From assembly GCA_033442325.1 (NCBI GenBank), contig JAWQFM010000005.1:1923665-1987664 (forward strand): 64,000 bases of DNA, read 5' to 3'. Under the pieces are notes generated by a model. It did no database searches and was not told where the DNA came from. It was given only the letters and a program-made list of their open reading frames with translations. The DNA comes from Salpingoeca rosetta. Lineage: Eukaryota; Protista; Choanoflagellata. Made by a program: the position numbers and the translations under genes. The stretch's first letter is position 1, and every line of letters begins with the position of its first letter. Positions 53,432 through 64,000 of the stretch are shown one piece after another.

Positions 53432-53499
<68 letters not shown>

Positions 53500-53774
53500 T
53501 GTGCATCAAGTGTCATTGCTTTTCAGTTTCAGTGTCTCTGTTCTCAATGCGCCACTGTCACGGTTTCTTGCTGGTTACAAAGACACGTGCGCTAACATGA
53601 CACATGATCACGCATTACACAAACTGGGCAAAGTGCGTGATGCCAAAGGTGGTGGAGATCAAAGCAAGCTCACATCCGTCAACACGTGTTCGTGCGCACG
53701 CAGCACATGGGGTGCAGATGGCAACTCCAAGGAGGGGGGGGGGGAGGGCGGTAAAGACTTGATTACACATCAAA

Positions 53775-53862
<88 letters not shown>

Positions 53863-53916
53863 GAATGCACACGTGCACGCTGAAGAAGGGTGCCGTGGGC
53901 ACGGGTTTGTGTTGAG

Positions 53917-54712
53917 TTATTGTCGCTCCTCCTTTCCAGACTCAAACTTCCACTTGCCCCTGTTCTGGTAATCCGTCATACCGCGCCCACCAATGCCGCA
54001 CGTGCCAACGCCAACCTGCGCCATGTGTTTGGTGCGGGCGTGTATGTGTTTGTGTGGGTGTACGTGTGTCAGCGTAAGACGTTGGACGTTCATGTGCGAG
54101 TGTGCACAGTGTGTGTTGGGAGAAGCAGAAGTCACCCTGGCCACCGTGTGCACACCACCGCGACCGACCTTTCCGTTTGGGTCATCGGGGGACGCAAAGA
54201 TGCTCTTGCCGTGCTTGCCAGAGCCCGTGCCTTTCTTGCGCTTCGTCTGAATCACATGCAGACGCACACAAGGGCACAAGAGCGCGTGGCAGCGAGGTGA
54301 GATGTTATGGTGCAACAATGTGATGTGCTGGGGCACAAACGTTACACACAGGCTGGCAGGCAGACAGACAGGTAGATGGACAGGCAGACAGATAAAGGAA
54401 TGTGCACACGCAGCGACACACACGCACGTACACATACACATACACATACACACATGTACCTTTGCTGCAAACGACTGCCACTTGTTCTTCTGCTGCTCAA
54501 GCTTCTTCATCTCTTTTGACTCCTTCTCCTTCTTTCGCTTTGCCTTCTTGCGCTTCTGCTCCCAATCAGACTGTTGCGGTGACATGACACGCGTGAACGA
54601 ACAGAACTTGACGGCGGGTGCAACGCACAAACAGCTTGAAGAGGGGGGGGGGATGGCAGGTGCCAGCGGGTGGCAAGAGTACAAAGGGTAGGGAGCAAAG
54701 GCAAAAGCACAT

Positions 54713-54773
<61 letters not shown>

Positions 54774-55106
54774 GGTGTGTCTCTGACCTCTTTGCTTGCG
54801 CGGGTTTTTGCCGTCTTTGTCTCGGGGGCTGGCTGTGCGGCCTGGTCGGTGGCAGCGGCCTCTGCGCCATCGCCGCCCGCCTTGCCTGTTCGCCGTAGCG
54901 ATTTGATCTGCGAGCAACACGCAAAGACAGATGCAATCACAGACAAGGTCAAGGACAGAGACGGGGACAGGGACAGGGACAGAGACAGGGACAGAGACAG
55001 AGACAGGGCAGGGACAGGGACAGAGATAGGGGCGCAGCCACGCAGACACGCAGACACACACAAACACACACACACACACACATACACACACATACACACA
55101 CACACA

Positions 55107-55179
<73 letters not shown>

Positions 55180-55470
55180 GCACGCACGCACGCACGCACG
55201 CCGTGGCCGTACGCCGTTTGAGCACAAAACATCAGTGTGTGCACATGACACAGCGGGGGTGTGGGCTGGAGCGACCAACCTGCACGACGTCTTCCTCGTC
55301 GTACTCTGTGTATCGCACTCGTACTTGATCCCCGCCCTCAAATGCAACAATCTCAGCGGGGTAGTAATTGCCTACCCGTGTGTTTGTGGACATGTGTGTG
55401 GTGGTTTGAATGTGTGTAGTGTATGTGTGTAAATGTGTGTGTGTGTGTGTAAATGTGTGTGTGTGTGTAA

Positions 55471-55548
<78 letters not shown>

Positions 55549-55785
55549 CGCTTGAGAAAAGCCAAGTGCACTGGTCATAGGGCTTACGTACCATCCTCAC
55601 TCCATACGGCTTCACAGGTATCGCCGACCGTCCAGCCATCCTGCGATGTCACCTTTGTGTTCTACACACGGTGGAATGGTCACAAATGCGTTGAGACAAC
55701 AGGAAGGATTGAGACGAGGTCGAGCGGCGTGATGCAAGTCAGGGCAAACCACAGAGTACGTCGAGTGATGCACTCACACACATTT

Positions 55786-55865
<80 letters not shown>

Positions 55866-56195
55866 ACACACACACACCTGGGTTGTGTCGGATGCTGTTG
55901 TCAGCTGTGCTTGCAACGCAATCACTTCCTGAGGCAGATGGAGAACAGGCAGCAGTGTAATGTGAGAAGATGTCAACTCACGTGCTGGAGGGAGAGAAAA
56001 GGGGGACGGCTCCGTGCAAGCCCCTTTGCGTTAACACACACACACACACACACACAGACACACACACACACACACACAGACACATACCTTGAGGCCTTGG
56101 GCAAGGCTCTTGAGGTTCTCATCGTCGGGGGACAGCAGCAGCGCCGCCTCGACTTGCGCCAGCTGCTGGCGTGACGCCTCCAACTCAGCCGACAT
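53917..56195 (-). CDS. SMNDC1: SMNDC1/SPF30 Tudor-domain splicing factor (multi-exon)
   Basis: [19 protein letters not shown]; Tudor [22 protein letters not shown]; KNKWQSF; [19 protein letters not shown]. Confidence 0.92.
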
Positions 56196-56514
56196 TGTGC
56201 CTTCTTGTGCTTGTCGTGTTTCGTTGGTGTTTTTGTGGCTTTTCATCTTTGTTGTTTTCGTTCTGCGAACGTGACAAGTGGCAGACACACTCAACCGTGC
56301 CACGCTGTCCCTTTCACACACACACACACACACACACAATCTCTCTCCTCTGTTGTCGTGCCATGTGCTTCAAAAGCGTCACGTTGCTTTCATACAGCGA
56401 GGGTGTTGCTGATGCCATTCACTCCAAGGTGGGGACCGAATAGACACACAACCAAACCGGGGCGCAATATCGGGGTCAAAGAAGAACAAGTACGTGTGGA
56501 TGGTGGTGACGCGT

Positions 56515-57927
56515 TTACTCGCTCTCTTGTTGCACAAGACGGGCAGTGCGGTTGGTGACCTTGACGTTGAGGGCCTTGGCGCGCTGGACAATGGCGCGGC
56601 GCTTCTTGGCAGACACACCGTGTGCAATCTCCGCGGCGTAGTGGCGGTTGTGCATCAGCAGAACCTCAAGCTCCTGCAGAGCACACAACACGAGCAAGAA
56701 CAAAGTCGTCAAGAAGGGATGCGAGGCGAATGGACAACAACGAAAAAATAATGCAAGGGAATACAAGGCAAGTTGATTGGTGCGTGAGTGTGTGTTGTGT
56801 CAGCGCACACAAAGAGCAGAGGCAGCCGATGGCAGCAGTGCGTACACAGGGAACCAACAAACGGCAAACAAGACCACCAACCAACGTGTCAAAAAGGACA
56901 TAAGGCAACACCACCACAAGGACACATCCAATACAATAAACACAACACAACACAACGCTACTCTCGACCCCAACGAGCACACAACAACAACAACAACAAC
57001 AGCAGCAGCAGCAGCAATGGCCACGCACCGAGACGTTGTGGACGAGGAACTTCTTGAAGCCATCGGGCATCATGTGACGGGTCTTGACAAAGACAAAGGG
57101 GAGGACGGGAAGGGAAGAACGGCAAGCAGCAGGTAAAGCGGAATCTTGTGAGCCACCAATGTGCGACAGAGTCAAACAAAGAGGGGAGGGCAGCAAACAC
57201 AGCGCCCCCACTTGCCACCCATAACCACCTCATCCGGACAAGCAAAAGCAACGCAACAGGCACCCTCCTCGTCTTCTTCTCCCCTGCCATGTCATATCAC
57301 CAAACCAAACCTAACCAAACCATATCCAACACTACCAACCGCACGCCCATCTGTCATCCGCAATGACCCACACATCCTCGCAACAAACATCCAACACCCC
57401 AACTCCGCCCGGGCTGTCCTTGTTCATCATGCCTCGCTTGTCCCAAAGCTTCGCCTCATTCATCCGCCGTCCAACTCGACCAGCAACACGCCTCTTGTAT
57501 CACACGCGCATACCTTCTTGTTGCTGCCGAAGCCAATCTTGGCGTGCTTCTGCTGGCCCTTGAACCGCCGGCGGAAGCGGCCGTCAATACCGTGGGGCCT
57601 CCTCCAGCCTTGCTGCGCTCGCGAAGAACAGAAAAACAAGAGGGTAAGAGGGCAAGCGAAAGCACGATGCAATTGGAACCGAACATGCACATGAGCTGAT
57701 GAGCTGCAGCATTGTGGTGGAGTGTATTCCTCAACAAACAGTCGTCGCCTAGCTCGTGCAGCGTGGTTGGAAGAAATCGTGCAGCGGCGACGAATCATCA
57801 ACCACCTCACGCACACACACACACACACACGACAAACCTTGAGGCACTTGTAGCGGTCATAGTGCATGCGGTTGAAGCGCTTGGTGCGCTTCTTCACAAT
57901 GTTGGGCTTGTTGATTGGCATCACCAT
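56515..57927 (-). CDS. RPL32: 60S ribosomal protein L32 (4 exons)
   Basis: [14 protein letters not shown]; [14 protein letters not shown]; [25 protein letters not shown]; [21 protein letters not shown]. Confidence 0.97.
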
Positions 57928-58518
57928 CTTTTGTGTGTGCGTGTGTGTGTGTGTTTGGTGTGTGTTTGGTGTGTGTGCGAAGCGATTGATATGGTGGGAG
58001 GTGTATCAAGGTGTGAGGGGTGTCGCTGAGGCTGGCAATGACGACGATAATGACGACGATAATGATGGCGGTGGGTGTCGACAAGGAGGTACACACGAGC
58101 GCATGCATGGGCACGCCTCGTGCGTGGCTCTGGCATCACGTATGCACAATACACAGGCACACACGGGAAGGTGCGTGCATAGGCACACACGCACACGCAC
58201 GCACACGCACACGACCCCAAGCAGCCGCACTCATGTCGCACTCATATCCGCAGCGTGCTCACCTTGGCGGTCTGCTTGTGTGTGGAAGGGAGAGGAGGCA
58301 CAGGTGAAAAAGGCACACGGGGTGCTGGGGTTCCCGCGTGCGTGGGTTTCAGAGGCAAGTAATGGAAATTTTGGATTTGATGGATGCAGCCAAATACACA
58401 TTTCCCTCCATTTCACGGGTGCGTTCTATTTCTTTGAAACTTTCAACAAATAGTCGTAGGGAGCGGGAGGACAAGAGAATGAGAGAGAGTGTGTGTGGTG
58501 AGAGAGAGAGAGAGAGAG

Positions 58519-58558
<40 letters not shown>

Positions 58559-58994
58559 TGAGTGAGTGAGTGTCGGGTGTGTGTGTGTGTGTGTGTGTCG
58601 GGTGTGTTGCAGGTTGCTTCCCACCACGAACAAATACACAAAGACAAGGTGGTGGGGTGGGCATTGACATCAATGATACGAGGAGAAAAGTAAAGCAGAT
58701 CAGCAAGCAAGGCAAATGAAGAAGCAAAGCAGGAGGGCGGGAAGCAAGAAGGAAGGGGGATAACACAGCAAGAGCAAGAGCGAGAGCGAGAGCAAGAGCG
58801 AGAGCGAGAGCGAGAGCGACAGGGAAGCAACCTCTCCCCGTGCCACTATCAGTGAGGCATCATGTCGTGCCAGCGCCCAGCAAAAACAATCAAACAAAGA
58901 ACAAGTGTTCCATTCCAGCTTCCACCACATCCGAGTGCGTCAATAGTGGTGTGTGCGTGTGAGCGAGTGTGGTTGGCTGACGCAACTATTGCCA

Positions 58995-60209
58995 CTACTG
59001 TGCTGAAGAGGAGCAACCTTTGTCGCCGTCCTTATCTTGTGCTTCTGCTTCCTTCTTGTCATCGCCCGCGTCCTTCTTGTCATCGCCCGTGTCCTTCTTG
59101 TCATCGCTTGCTTTGTCCGTGCCGGCCTTGTCAGCCTGGTCTGCCTTGTCGACAGTGCCGCCGGGTTTGCTGCTGCTGCTGCTGCTGCTGCTGTCATTGT
59201 CGCTGTTGCCGCTGCCTGTTGCCTGCGCCTCCTTTGCTGCCGTCTTCTCTGTCGTTGATGCTGCGCCTTCTGGCTTGACAAACGGCTTGAAATCAGGCGT
59301 TGTTGGGCTGGTGCTGGCTGTGTCGGGGAGTTGGTGGCTGGTGTGACTTGCCTCCGTCAACGCAGCGTTGGCTTCCTCCTGCTCCTTGCACAACTCGGAC
59401 ACGCGCTGCTCCATCATCTGAAACTCCTCCTTCATTGTGTCCAGCTCTGTCAAGTGGATGCGAACGCGTGTGTGCGAGTGTAAGTGTGTTGCAGTGTACG
59501 AGTGTGTAAGTGTGTTGGAGTGTACGAGTGTGTAAGTGTGTTGGAGTGTGAAAGTGTGAAAGTGTGTTGGAGTGTACGAGTGTGTAAGTGTGTTGGAGTG
59601 TACGAGTGTGTAAGTGTGTTGGAGTGCGTTTGTCGACAGGCACCACACATAGTGTGGCCATGTACTGACAAAAAGATCCAGAGAAAGAAAGACAAAGCGA
59701 AATGCACGAGCACGCACACGCATGTACACACACATGTGCGCACGCACACACGCACACGTACAGACACACATAGCCGTCGACAAGACACACAGACAAGCAT
59801 GCACACATGTCAACACAAAACGCACCCTTTCGCAGGAAGCTGTTTTCCTTCTCCAGCTTTTCGACTTGGGTTAGAAGCTCCTTCATCTTCGCATCGTTGC
59901 TTTGCTGTCGACAGGGCGTGTGATGAACAGTGAGCACAAGTGAACGAGGGAGCACAAGCGAACGAGGGAGCACAAGCGAACGACGGAGTTCAAGTGAACG
60001 ACGGAGCACAAGTGAGCAAGTGTTCCAATGAGCAAGGATTTAGTACATCCAACACACACACACAAGTACACACACACACACACTCACAGAGTCACACACA
60101 CACACACACACACACACCACACACACACACACACCACACACACCACACACACCACACACACACACATCCACGCACACAAAAGTACAAGCATCCAGCGCAC
60201 CTCTGTCAT
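58995..60209 (-). CDS. Hypothetical protein of about 179 aa: N-terminal coiled coil and D/K-rich repetitive tail
   Basis: Exons 60209-60201, 59904-59826 and 59446-58995 splice in phase: MTEQSNDAKMKELLTQVEKLEKENSFLRKELDTMKEEFQMMEQRVSEL...(DDKKDxG)n. Confidence 0.6.
59474..59626. repeat. Intronic 26-bp tandem repeat (GAGTGTACGAGTGTGTAAGTGTGTTG)
   Basis: About 5 direct copies with no unique spacers. Confidence 0.85.
59932..60020. repeat. Intronic 18-bp tandem repeat (GAGCACAAGCGAACGAGG-like)
   Basis: About 4-5 degenerate direct copies. Confidence 0.75.
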
Positions 60210-61300
60210 CTTTGCCACCACGGTCCACGCGCGCGTGTCTTTCCCGACAGCAAATAATGCCTTTTGTTCCCCGCCGTTCGTCCCCAAAAATAAATGCACA
60301 TGGTCGACACAGAAAATTGGCCGAGTCTTCCCAAGATTCCACGCGATCGAGACGGTTTCTTTTCCTTACTCTTGCGTTGCTTTTGCTTCTGCTGCTTCTT
60401 GCTGCTACGTGTCTGCTGTTGCTGTGTGTCGTCAGATTCTCACTTTTGCATGTCAGCGCCACGACCGCACAGCAAGATCACACACATCCATCACACACAA
60501 ACAAACGAACGAAAGGTGCGTGTATGGTGTGCGTTGGTGCTCGCTTGACCGTCCTCCTCTTACATCCAGCCGCGCGTTCGTGCGGTCATGTGGGTGCGCA
60601 CCACCACCAGCACCATGAGCGGCGGCGGCGTCGTCGTTGCCGTTTGCTCCTTGTTCACTTATGTGAACTCACTTCTGTTGTTCTGTGGCGCGTGCATGTA
60701 TTGCATCCATTCGTTTGCGTTTGCGTTTGCGTTTGCGTGTGTGCGTTGCTTCGTCCATCCCACAGAGACGCCAACCTCTCCTTGTTGAAGCAAGGCCAAG
60801 CCAACGAAGACCAAATACAGCAGCCGTTGTCTGCCTGGTATGTCCTTCACCATTGCACACACAGAGAGAGAATACGAGAGGAAGAATGTACATGTCTCTG
60901 TGTGTATGCTTCTCTGTGCGCGCGTCTGTGCGTCACCCTGTGTGTATGTGGTGCCACGTCCTTAAAAGTGTGCTCCCGCCAATGGTGTGATGCGGTGTGA
61001 CGTTGCTGTCGTGGACACACGTTGGATTTCACAGTCGCCTTTGCTTGCGCGCTCTGTGTGTGTGTGTGTGTGTGTGTGTGCGTGCGTTGCATTTTGTCGA
61101 CGCAATGCCCTTCATTTGCTCGTTGGTGTGCGCACCAAGCTCACCACCACTGCCGTGCTTGGTCTTTTCCCCTTGCCACGCTCCATTTACTTCCTGTTCA
61201 GAAGAACCAACGCCAGCCCAACCGCATCCACAACAAGGCTTTCTGAACCGCTTGGACAACCGCCTTTTTTTCCCCTTGCAATTCACATCACCAGACAGTC

Positions 61301-64000
<2,700 letters not shown>

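Noticed and set aside
57086-57837. Possible box C/D snoRNAs in RPL32 introns (UGAUGA near 57430 and 57800 on the minus strand)
   Set aside because: No suitably placed CUGA box D or rRNA guide seen; a covariance-model search would be needed.
59474-60020. CRISPR-like appearance of short repeats
   Set aside because: Head-to-tail minisatellites with no unique spacers or cas genes, inside eukaryotic introns.

Overview
Intron-rich eukaryotic DNA with GT-AG introns full of (CA)n/(TG)n/(GTT)n microsatellites and GC3-rich exons. The gene content and intron style point to a choanoflagellate, most likely Salpingoeca rosetta (inference). Most entries in the ORF track are microsatellite or antisense artefacts, so gene models were spliced by hand. 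Genes in order: 3' end of a calflagin-like EF-hand protein (+); a secreted collagen of about 1117 aa in 19 exons (+); Pumilio (-); a PNUTS/PPP1R10-like gene spanning an 845-nt N gap (-); AP-2 mu (-); a disordered protein with a capping-protein-interaction-like motif (+); a CLK/LAMMER kinase (-); a compact Hedgling-type receptor of about 1763 aa (+); glucosamine-6-P deaminase with its 5' end not found (+); SMNDC1/SPF30 (-); RPL32 (-); a small coiled-coil protein (-); and the 5' part of CDC48/VCP (+). Three observations stand out. (1) The collagen has a near-continuous Gly-X-Y domain of about 980 residues, close to fibrillar length, capped by an unrecognised helical domain instead of COLFI or NC1. 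(2) The Hedgling has a polybasic convertase-like site inserted in cadherin repeat 2, which could shed the Hedgehog domain without a Hint domain, and its tail is packed with NPxY and other Tyr motifs. (3) Many introns have (TG)n near the donor and complementary (CA)n near the acceptor.
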